Part shown: in pieces, positions 20,808 through 28,416 of the stretch | How the letters are laid out: each line of letters starts with the position of its first letter | Numbering within the stretch: position 1 is the first letter of the stretch | Origin: a virus | Length of the DNA stretch: 64,000 bases | Direction: 5' to 3' (one strand) | IMG/VR virus record: IMGVR_UViG_3300050501_000057 | Notes under the pieces: generated by a model | The model's database searches: none | Seen by the model: only the letters and a program-made list of their open reading frames with translations | Told to the model about the DNA's origin: nothing | Program-made: the position numbers and the translations under genes

Positions 20808-21431
20808 TCAAATTATGCGCTGCCGCTTCAATCGGCGGCAGCGCGTAAGCTGCGAATTGTGACCGTAGTTAACGCCCCACCATAGGGCGCCGTCATCATC
20901 ACGAAACCAAACATCATAACGTACGCCCGCGATGTTATGCTTGCTGCGGGAGTATCTAACAACTTTGTAGTTCAAAGTCCCCGCCCAATTGCCAACACGC
21001 GCGGAACTCATCGCGCCATCGTCTGAAAGATACAAGGCAATCTCGCCTTTTTCTTTCATATGCTTCTTATCGCGCTCGGCGCAGCACGCATAACAAACGC
21101 GCTCGCGGGACTCGTAAAGAGTGGCGTACCCTGTACCGCCATTCTGTTGAAACTCGACACGGCAGAGAGCGCCGAACTTCGGCGAGCAGTCTATGCAATA
21201 GAACTGTACGTAGGTAAAATTCGTGAGCGATTCATCAGCTTCACGAATTTCGTACTCTCCACGCTTGATTGACTCAGGGTATAACCAATACAGCATACCC
21301 TCTTCGTCTTTGTAGTCGAGTACGTAAGGGATGTAAGTTTTCCATCCCATTCTACCCTCCCGCTCTTTGTAAGCTATCAAGTTGAATTTACCGACCGGCG
21401 CCGCTACTTCCCAATCATCTTTCTTCTTCAT
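20808..21431 (-). CDS. Hypothetical early protein, Cys-rich
   Basis: 207 aa, CIDC and CYACC; ATGA overlap with the upstream gene. Confidence 0.75.
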   Translation of the reverse strand: MKKKDDWEVAAPVGKFNLIAYKEREGRMGWKTYIPYVLDYKDEEGMLYWLYPESIKRGEYEIREADESLTNFTYVQFYCIDCSPKFGALCRVEFQQNGGTGYATLYESRERVCYACCAERDKKHMKEKGEIALYLSDDGAMSSARVGNWAGTLNYKVVRYSRSKHNIAGVRYDVWFRDDDGALWWGVNYGHNSQLTRCRRLKRQRII

Positions 21432-21802
21432 ATTCCACCTCCGTATATGTCCTCACGACCTGTTACTATGATGCGAGCGAGTTGTTTAAACTCGTGATCG
21501 CTCGCGGGAGTCCAATCTATCGGAATGAATTCACCGGTGCGCCCCGTAGTCTTACACCGCTTACAATCTTTGTAGTTAAAGGGGCGTTTACCTGCGATGC
21601 GCCCGCACCCCTTACAATCGTCGCACACTACCCAAAGGCGCGAATGTATACGCGCCTCCGTGTATCCGACGTGAAGATAATACGCTTCGTTGCGCCTACA
21701 CGCCGCGTAAGCTTTCGCAAGCGTCTCTTCGTTACCGCCGACAACACACCGGATTTTTCCGGTGTCGTCTTTGATTGTAATATCGAAGCTATAGAGACTC
21801 AT
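21428..21802 (-). CDS. Zinc-finger protein (CxxCxGxG repeats)
   Basis: CDDCKGCG...CKRCKTTG, a DnaJ-type zinc ribbon pattern. Confidence 0.75.
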   Translation of the reverse strand: MSLYSFDITIKDDTGKIRCVVGGNEETLAKAYAACRRNEAYYLHVGYTEARIHSRLWVVCDDCKGCGRIAGKRPFNYKDCKRCKTTGRTGEFIPIDWTPASDHEFKQLARIIVTGREDIYGGGI

Positions 21803-22197
21803 TTAACACCTCCCGTTTCGGAATCAATCGCCGAGTACTCTTTCCACGTACCATCTTCGTATACGTGAATCACTGCAAACTCATTCTTGCCGAAGTGAAC
21901 GCGTACGACATACACGCTCTCGAATTGTGATTGATAATCGCCAATGACTTTACGCCGCGCCATCAATCCTTCCATCAGCACGCCCGTTAGTCTCTCGGTC
22001 TTGAACCGGGAGGATTGCCAAAACTTCTCAACTGCATTCATCAGTTGTTTCTGTTCGAGCAATTCAAACGGGAGTAGCGCCGCGAGCTTATGAAGCTCGA
22101 ACTTGCGCGCGTAGTGACCGGGTACGTTGTCGTTATTATAACTCCGGTCAAAAGTGAAATTGAGAAGTCCGTTAAGCAGAATGGCGATGAGTTGCAT
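21799..22197 (-). CDS. Hypothetical early protein
   Basis: RBS GGAGG before ATG 22197. Confidence 0.7.
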   Translation of the reverse strand: MQLIAILLNGLLNFTFDRSYNNDNVPGHYARKFELHKLAALLPFELLEQKQLMNAVEKFWQSSRFKTERLTGVLMEGLMARRKVIGDYQSQFESVYVVRVHFGKNEFAVIHVYEDGTWKEYSAIDSETGGVK

Positions 22198-22261
22198 TGT
22201 GGTTTCCTCCGTGTGATTGGTTAGTAGTGAAGAGAAAGGGAGAGTAAATACTCTCCCTTGT

Positions 22262-23008
22262 TTATCCCGCATACACCGCGCCGTTGATAAGCTGTATACG
22301 TAGCTCTTGCTCGCGTATGCGCGCGTTACTTATCAGCGCCTCTTGTTTGATGATCTCGCGGCGCAAGCGCGCGTTATCCTCTTTCAATTTGCAGATCGTA
22401 CCGAACATTGCGCCTGTCTTACCTTTGAGCGAGTTCTTTGAAGGTTGCGGTACTGAATACGCCGCGCTTGCGGGCGCGCCGCTCACGCGCGCCTCAAGCG
22501 CGCTAACACCTCGCTCAATCTCTGCGATCTCCGCATCGAATTCGGCGTAAACGCCTGACGCCTGTTCAAACCTAAGCATAGACTCGGCGGGGACAGATAC
22601 GCCGATACCCTGCGCGTTAGCGAGCTTACACAGCATTTCATAGTCAAGCTTGTTCAAGAAAGCGGGAACACCTAACGCCTTGATGATCTCATCATCGGCG
22701 ATTGTATCGCCTGTCAGATGCGAGTCATCATTGACAGACAACCGCAGATTGATCTCTGCGTTGTTTGCAAGATTGTGCTCGACTACTTGTTGCTCTCTCG
22801 CTTGTTGAAGACTGACGGGAACGTATAAAACGCTCCCGCCGTCCTCGGAATGATACCAACGATTGCGCTGCGCCTTTTCGCCTTTGGCAAGCACAACACC
22901 CTCCGCCTTCAACACGTCAGCGGCGGTATGCTTGATAACGTGTTTAACTTCGTTCGCCGCACCTTTGAACATCTGCCGAGTAACTTTGAAACCTCTTTGC
23001 TGCGCCAT
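22262..23008 (-). CDS. Hypothetical early protein with C-terminal coiled coil
   Basis: 248 aa, RBS GGAGGT. Confidence 0.75.
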   Translation of the reverse strand: MAQQRGFKVTRQMFKGAANEVKHVIKHTAADVLKAEGVVLAKGEKAQRNRWYHSEDGGSVLYVPVSLQQAREQQVVEHNLANNAEINLRLSVNDDSHLTGDTIADDEIIKALGVPAFLNKLDYEMLCKLANAQGIGVSVPAESMLRFEQASGVYAEFDAEIAEIERGVSALEARVSGAPASAAYSVPQPSKNSLKGKTGAMFGTICKLKEDNARLRREIIKQEALISNARIREQELRIQLINGAVYAG

Positions 23009-23053
23009 AACTAAACCTCCGTGAATTGAATGATTGAAAAGGAAAGCGGGAGC

Positions 23054-23305
23054 TTACTTGCTCCCGCGCTTGCGTTGAATAGTGCGCCAAGCATCATAGC
23101 TTGCGCGTTTCCAGAATATGCGCGCACGCTCCATTGAGCTTGTACCTGCGCATTTCCACAAATCAAGACCGCCACATTCGACAAGTTGCTCTTGAAAGAA
23201 AAACGAGCGAACCTGACGAAACTCGCGGTCATCCTTCGCGCTGACCGGGGGAGTGTCGCCCCCGGTCCACGCGGTACGCTCATCCGGTACCTGCTTACTC
23301 TTCAT
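23054..23305 (-). CDS. Hypothetical early protein
   Basis: RBS GGAGGG before ATG 23305; overlaps the stop of the upstream gene. Confidence 0.6.
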   Translation of the reverse strand: MKSKQVPDERTAWTGGDTPPVSAKDDREFRQVRSFFFQEQLVECGGLDLWKCAGTSSMERARIFWKRASYDAWRTIQRKRGSK

Positions 23306-23588
23306 TCTCTCCCTCCGTAATGTGGGGTTCGTTACGCGAGTCCTCCGCATATGCGGAGGGTATACGCTCCGAACACTGTTGACAATAGCAGTCCGCATCT
23401 TCGTAATTGATGCCGACGAACGCGGGACGAAATCCCTCTAGCTCGTCCGCGTCCTCGTCCGACTTACGAGCACAAGCGGGACACAACACGCTGTGTTGTT
23501 TGTCGTAGTAGTAGAGCGGATAACCACCGGGGAAAGCATATTGCGAAAGTCTTCCGTCGTCATCGCGTGGAAGTCCGGGAAGTGACAT
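23295..23588 (-). CDS. Small zinc-binding phage protein; first gene of the early operon
   Basis: YAFPGGYPLYY..CPAC..NYED..CQQC..IPSAY; RBS AAAGGAG. Confidence 0.8.
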   Translation of the reverse strand: MSLPGLPRDDDGRLSQYAFPGGYPLYYYDKQHSVLCPACARKSDEDADELEGFRPAFVGINYEDADCYCQQCSERIPSAYAEDSRNEPHITEGENEE

Positions 23589-23616
23589 AACAAAATCTCC
23601 TTTCAAACTGCGTTTT

Positions 23617-23671
23617 GTGTTTCGGCGATCAATTACGCCTTCATCAGTAGCAAGACATACTTGCTAGACAC
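23617..23671 (-). ncRNA. Type III hammerhead ribozyme
   Basis: Minus strand GUGUC/UAGCAAG-UAUGU-CUUGCUA-CUGAUGA-A-GGCG-UAAUUGAU-CGCC-GAA-ACAC. All three stems and the core are present; predicted cleavage after GUC, between 23667 and 23666. Confidence 0.88.
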
Positions 23672-24085
23672 GCGCGGCATTTAAACGGTATCGCTTCGCT
23701 ACTGCAACGCCAGTGCGCTTGTGAGGCGCTTTACCCTGTGCGTTGTATACGCTCATTCCTCCGATGATACTTCTGTGGACTACTCAACATCATCTCCCCG
23801 TACTTTATTCGGTCGCTGGCGCTCGCCGCGCTCTGTGGACGACGTTTTGATGACGCTTTCGCCGTATCATTCCGCGTTTCGGTCAGTACTTCACAGCGCC
23901 GCTCTATCCTTCTGAGCTTAGCGCGGCGTCCCTTTACTAAGCGATGTCTTTACGCTTTCGCTACTACCGCGCGCTCTGCTTTCCCCGACCTACAAGTTGT
24001 CAATGCGCTTTCGCGCCGTTGCTGGACTCGAAACATCAACCTAACCGGTCCTAAGTCCCTACTACCAACAACCTCAATCAACCTT
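23672..24085 (-). ncRNA. Large structured leader RNA, copy A
   Basis: ORF-poor ~410 nt between promoter and hammerhead; sequence blocks and stems homologous to 27336-27960. Confidence 0.7.
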
Positions 24086-24093
24086 GAAAGCGG

Positions 24094-24122
24094 AGTGTAC
24101 AACAAGAAAATTCAACCGTCAA
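24094..24122 (-). promoter_or_regulatory. Strong sigma70 promoter, leftward
   Basis: Minus strand TTGACG-N17-TACACT with an A-tract UP-like element upstream. Confidence 0.85.
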
Positions 24123-24336
24123 TACTTTTTTTCGATTTTCTTTGTCTCAACGCATTTTTTTTCGATCTCCCTTGTATCTTCTATATGCGCCAGTTTCCGC
24201 CCGTATAGCAACTTCCGTGCCATACGCCGGGGAGTCGAATTTTGAAATTGAAAACGGATTTCAAGGACCAAAGCGGTCCCTCTAGGATGTCTAGGGGAAC
24301 CGCCGTGTACAGATAGGCAACCGGGAAGGAGTTTAG

Positions 24337-25164
24337 CTAATTGAACAATCCAACCTTCTCTAAAATCGAAAGCGTGTTTTCTACCGCCTCTTCCTCGATC
24401 CTCAAAAGTTTTGCATCGTCTTTGGTCTTTAAACCACTCAAGGCGAGCTTCACCTTATCGAATATGTGATATCGAAAGTCTATGTGTAGAAATTCGTGGG
24501 CGATTGTCGCTTTAGCTTCGTATGACTCGAACATAGGGGAAGGAAAGAAAAGATGCGCGGTCAAGTAAGTCGGATCAATAACAGCGGCGGCGAGGTCTGT
24601 TTTCAATATTGGCGCATAACCGATCTCCCGCAAACGTCGGTTGATTGCACGGTGTGAAGCATAGTTGATCTGAACTGAGAAAACTTGAAGGTCAAGGAAG
24701 CTGTACATACGCTTGCAATAGGTCTTCAACCATTCGGGAGTCCCTTTATCCACAAACACAACATCCCTATGCTCTATCTTGTTCGCATCTCGAAGATAGT
24801 TGATGACCGAGTGTGCATTGTCTGTACTGTCCATCAGATTACCGAGCGCACGATTACAGCTATTACAAAGAAGACCTCTCACCTTCCCGGTTTTATGATC
24901 GTGATCAATAGCAAGATCAAACAAAGTTCCGCTCGGATGTCTCTTCGTCTCTCGCTTATGACAGACAGCGCACTTATTTTTTTGCGCCTTCATCATTTCA
25001 TCGAACTGCTCAACGGTCAGTCCATACTTTTTGACCTTATCCATTTTCCGTTGAAGTTTTACATCTCTTCGTGTCTTAGACCTGGGGATGGAGATTCCCA
25101 ACCTCTTACGTTCTAGGTATCGCTTCTTTTTTTCTAGCTGAGTTAGGGGACTTTTCTTTTCCAT
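24337..25164 (-). CDS. Endonuclease VII-type HNH domain fused to an HExxH domain
   Basis: KYGLT..CAVC..LAIDHDHKTGKVRGLLCNSCNRALG; C-terminal TIAHEFLH...EEE. Confidence 0.85.
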   Translation of the reverse strand: MEKKSPLTQLEKKKRYLERKRLGISIPRSKTRRDVKLQRKMDKVKKYGLTVEQFDEMMKAQKNKCAVCHKRETKRHPSGTLFDLAIDHDHKTGKVRGLLCNSCNRALGNLMDSTDNAHSVINYLRDANKIEHRDVVFVDKGTPEWLKTYCKRMYSFLDLQVFSVQINYASHRAINRRLREIGYAPILKTDLAAAVIDPTYLTAHLFFPSPMFESYEAKATIAHEFLHIDFRYHIFDKVKLALSGLKTKDDAKLLRIEEEAVENTLSILEKVGLFN

Positions 25165-25469
25165 AGGTGAACCTCATTTTGTCTAGTCTATTTGAAAAAA
25201 TCTGTCAAGTCTTATGTCGGTCGTCTATACGAACAACTTCTTCAAAACAGATTTTTCGATCAATGTTGATAAGGGTTCTAGCGGTCGTCTCCACAAATGG
25301 CGTAGAAAAATATTTTTCAAGCACCTTTGACTCATATCATTCATACCGGAGAACCCCCTCTTAAAACGCTTCTAAACGCGAAATCGGACTATGTAGCGTT
25401 CTACAATGATGCTTGCTGAACCATATAGTTAAGTGACTATCTAATATGGTTCTATCAACATCATTTATA

Positions 25470-25874
25470 TTATTTATCGTAGACCGCTCTCAATTGTTCA
25501 ATCGTTGCTCCGTGCTGAAGCAGGAACTTGAATATTTCCTCCCGCATTTCAAGTTGTTGGCACCTCTTCAACAGGTCGGCGTAGTCTTGCGTCCTCTTCA
25601 AGATGTGCGCTTCTGCGATTTGCAGAGCGTTTACTTGCTGCTCTTTGATGAACTGCGCAGGTTTCCACGGAAGTTGAATACACCGGCAGTTGATACGAGG
25701 CGAGCACCCGCAAGACTTCGGAGCGTTTATGTCGTGGCGTCGCGGTACTGGTTGAAGCACCTCATCGAAAACTGTTTTCCTTTGGTCTGACAGTTCAGAC
25801 ATAGCACGTTCTTTCTCTTCTCCTAACGTCTGTTGTACTTCATTGATTACGTCTAGCAATTCATAAGTTGGCAT
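25470..25874 (-). CDS. Hypothetical protein
   Basis: 134-aa ORF coupled to the upstream gene. Confidence 0.65.
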   Translation of the reverse strand: MPTYELLDVINEVQQTLGEEKERAMSELSDQRKTVFDEVLQPVPRRHDINAPKSCGCSPRINCRCIQLPWKPAQFIKEQQVNALQIAEAHILKRTQDYADLLKRCQQLEMREEIFKFLLQHGATIEQLRAVYDK

Positions 25875-26193
25875 TGTTTTTTCTCCTATAGTAGTTGTCT
25901 AACGCTGTTTGCGACCGGCAGTCCCTACAGTCATTCGACAGACTGTCTTTACCTTCACCGATCACGTAAAAGTTCTCGCTATCTGCGGGTAATTCCTCCC
26001 CGCACTGCTTACAAGTCTTCAGACCTGTTTCCGCCTGACGCTTATAAGCTTCCTGGCGCTCTACAGTCTTCGAGCTTAGGACTCGATTTCTGTAATACCA
26101 CTTGAGAGCAGACTGTCTATGTCGCTGCGCTCTCGTCTTTTCATCCAGCTTTTTCATCCGACTCTCCTGCATACGTATCATATTTATGCTCAA
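25861..26193 (-). CDS. Basic zinc-finger protein
   Basis: KTCKQCG..F..DCRDC; start uncertain. Confidence 0.7.
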   Translation of the reverse strand: MSINMIRMQESRMKKLDEKTRAQRHRQSALKWYYRNRVLSSKTVERQEAYKRQAETGLKTCKQCGEELPADSENFYVIGEGKDSLSNDCRDCRSQTALDNYYRRKNNANL

Positions 26194-26317
26194 ATTTTTT
26201 CGATCTACCTGTACATTTTGACCTCAAAACGAGATCGAGTGCAACCTCAACAGAATTAAACTTTTCACTTCTACAAAGTACTTTACGACACAAAGTGAGG
26301 GTCTTTTTTCCCTTCAG

Positions 26318-26330
26318 AATCAACAAGTTG
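26318..26330 (+). promoter_or_regulatory. IHF-like consensus site
   Basis: AATCAA-CAAG-TTG matches WATCAANNNNTTR in the AT-rich divergent region. Confidence 0.35.
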
Positions 26331-26422
26331 TCAAATTGCTCTTGACAAGTTCAATGCTGCGCCAGTTATTATTAGCTCGTTCTTCATACTTACTTCCTAA
26401 ACATTCCTACAAAGCTTCATAT

Positions 26423-26462
26423 GCAAATTGATTGCTCTCTCCAAAGAGAGCAATCAATTTGC
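26423..26462. repeat. Perfect 18-bp inverted repeat
   Basis: GCAAATTGATTGCTCTCT-CCAA-AGAGAGCAATCAATTTGC. Confidence 0.95.
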
Positions 26463-26529
26463 TTCTCTTCTTAAACACTCTGAAGAAATAAAAAAAAAAA
26501 GGGTATAACCTCTTCTTTATAAACTCTGT

Positions 26530-26572
26530 GCTGAATTGCTCTCCGGTCTATAGAACCGGAGAGCAATTCAGC
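26530..26572. repeat. Perfect 18-bp inverted repeat
   Basis: GCTGAATTGCTCTCCGGT-CTATAGA-ACCGGAGAGCAATTCAGC. Confidence 0.95.
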
Positions 26573-26750
26573 TAGCTGTATACAAGTGTCAGTCGGGAGG
26601 TTCAATCACTCATTCCCCGGCGTAATTTGGTAAACCCTCCCGGAACCTTGCATATAAGAATTTTTCGGAGTAGTTTTATACTGGTCGCGGACAAAGAAAG
26701 AAAAGGTTCCGCGCAAAAGAAAGAAAACGAAAAACAAAAGAGGTTCACCA

Positions 26751-27302
26751 ATGAAAAAGAAAGATACGAAGAAGACAGAGAAACCGAAGAAGTCAGAAGG
26801 TCCAAACAGGAAGAAGACACCCGCGAAGAAGCGCATACCTTCCAAAGTCATCAAAAGTACAAAGCAGAGAACAGAGACGAGGCGGCGGGCGGTCGAACGC
26901 GCCGCCGCTCAATTACGCCGGTTCGCTATTCCTTTTGAACTCGGCGACTCCATCATCATTGCTACGCGACACAAGGTTATGATCGCCTTCGATCACCCGG
27001 AAGATTCTATACCCGGACTGAGGGCGCACGCGGAAGCGACAGGTACGAGGTTCGTTCATATTGACGCCGACTACTTCTCACTCCCTACCTTGTTTGATGC
27101 AATGGTCGTGGACGCTATCAATGCCAAACCGATCTACGCCGGGTCGAAGAAGGGAATCGTTCCCCCGGTCAAAATTCCTGACATCATAAAGCAGGGTGGT
27201 CCAAAACCTCATTTGTCCGTAACTAAGGACAAATCGGGTAAATCCTCCCGCGCAAAGAAAGTCGAAAAAATTTCTACAAGACGCTTGACACCTTCCAGGT
27301 AG
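26751..27302 (+). CDS. Basic hypothetical protein
   Basis: 183 aa, Lys-rich ends; GAGGTTCAC upstream of the ATG. Confidence 0.75.
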   Translation: MKKKDTKKTEKPKKSEGPNRKKTPAKKRIPSKVIKSTKQRTETRRRAVERAAAQLRRFAIPFELGDSIIIATRHKVMIAFDHPEDSIPGLRAHAEATGTRFVHIDADYFSLPTLFDAMVVDAINAKPIYAGSKKGIVPPVKIPDIIKQGGPKPHLSVTKDKSGKSSRAKKVEKISTRRLTPSR

Positions 27303-27313
27303 AAGCGTATCGT
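27285..27313 (+). promoter_or_regulatory. Strong sigma70 promoter, rightward
   Basis: TTGACA-N17-TATCGT with an A-tract upstream. Confidence 0.85.
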
Positions 27314-27319
27314 TCGGTT

Positions 27320-27966
27320 CGTCGGTGATGGTTATTTGATAAATCGTAGGTCGAGAAAGTCGTGGCGACGGTCTTAGTCAGAAATGGTCAACGCCGTCAG
27401 TAAGCGCCGGAAAGGATGGACGCCAACGACGAAGGGTAGACCGAAGCGGTGACTCGCATACGCTAGCGCGAGAGAAGCAACAGGTACGCTAGCAGGTGCG
27501 AGGGCGCGCGGAAAACATAACGGGTTATCTTCACACTGAAGAGTTATCAAGAGAGGTTCACACCGTTGAGGCGAGGGAGCGCAAAGCTCCCCGTACAACA
27601 ACGTCGCTCCAATCCGTAACGCAGAAGACGCCAACCAACCATCGCAAATTCCCTCAAAAGGAAATCCATAGTTGAGCGCGTAAGTAAACGTTGAGCGCGT
27701 AATTGCTGTGCGGTTGTTGAGAATCCTCCGCTTAATAAGGCATCGAAGGAACACGCGTTGAACTTGCGATTTCACTCACCGAATTTTTAGGGGAGGATAC
27801 GCAGTCAACGAGCGGTGCGCTAATTAAGTCGCAAACACCCGAACAAAGTATCGTGCGTATCAACAGAAGGACTCTGCATATAGCGGACAATCCGAAGTAG
27901 TTGGTAGCTGCGCCCTCCACGTTCAATCTACCGCGAGCAAGACATTTCTTGCGCTGACCTTTCAGG
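27320..27966 (+). ncRNA. Large structured leader RNA, copy B
   Basis: About 640 nt with no credible plus-strand ORF; many stems; blocks homologous to copy A. Confidence 0.7.
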
Positions 27967-28024
27967 TCCAACTCATAACCAAACGCTTTTATGACCTGGA
28001 TAGTTACCGCAAGAGTCTTGAGCG

Positions 28025-28138
28025 GTTCAAGGATTGAATAGAAGGTACCGACCTGACCAGACAGCGGACTCGAAGCGACATATACTAAGCTTCCTCTCCG
28101 TAGGACTCCACACGGTACCTTCTGTTGAATCCTTGAAC
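28025..28138 (+). ncRNA. Structured RNA cassette 1 (26-bp closing helix)
   Basis: GTTCAAGGATTGAATAGAAGGTACCG pairs with CGGTACCTTCTGTTGAATCCTTGAAC (one G-G, one G-U). Confidence 0.6.
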
Positions 28139-28146
28139 GTTCGTAG

Positions 28147-28287
28147 AGGATTGAATAAAGGCGCTCTATTGACCTTCCATTTAATGCGGGTTCGAGTCCC
28201 GCCATTCTGATAGTAGCTAACGCGAGATCGGGATGTGGCGCCGAATGGTAAGGCGGATGGAAGGATCGAGCGTCTTTATTCAATCCT
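28147..28287 (+). ncRNA. Circularly permuted tRNA mimic (YrlA/Y-RNA-like topology)
   Basis: Order is long helix, T-arm (GCGGG-TTCGAGT-CCCGC), closed acceptor stem (CATTCTG/CGGGATG), D-arm (CGCC-GAATGGTAA-GGCG), long helix. Confidence 0.8.
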
Positions 28288-28302
28288 TTTACCAGCGCGG
28301 AA

Positions 28303-28383
28303 GGGGATTGTGTGTGTGTGTAGTTGCGAAGGGATGCGCAACGCCGGGATGTTTGCTCCTTTCTACCCGGTCACACAATCCCC
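28303..28383 (+). ncRNA. Structured RNA cassette 3 (12-bp closing helix, two internal hairpins)
   Basis: GGGGATTGTGTG/CACACAATCCCC encloses the GTTGCG/CGCAAC and CCGGG/CCCGG hairpins. Confidence 0.55.
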
Positions 28384-28416
28384 CGTAGGGTTCACAATAT
28401 CAACGGGAGGTAAACA

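Noticed and set aside
25180..25210. Promoter for the EndoVII gene
   Set aside because: TTGACA is present on the minus strand but there is no good -10 at 16-18 nt spacing.
24120..26750. Lysogeny switch or att site
   Set aside because: No integrase or CI/Cro-like gene recognised at the divergence point.
27320..27966. RNase P RNA or group I intron
   Set aside because: GAGAAAGTC and CAGTCAACGA look superficially similar, but I could not find the RNase P P4 partner or a group I P7 pairing, and no interrupted gene flanks it. An Rfam scan is still needed.
27374..28283. Minus-strand ORFs of 133 and 183 aa
   Set aside because: Antisense to a strong promoter, no RBS, atypical composition; the repeated peptide IERLYSIL merely reflects the RNA stems.
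28025..28383. Mini-CRISPR array from the GGATTG repeats
   Set aside because: The elements are inverted pairs closing helices, not constant direct repeats with uniform spacers.
28147..28400. Two-piece tmRNA
   Set aside because: Permuted order is similar, but there is a full D-stem, no G3-U70 Ala acceptor and no tag reading frame.
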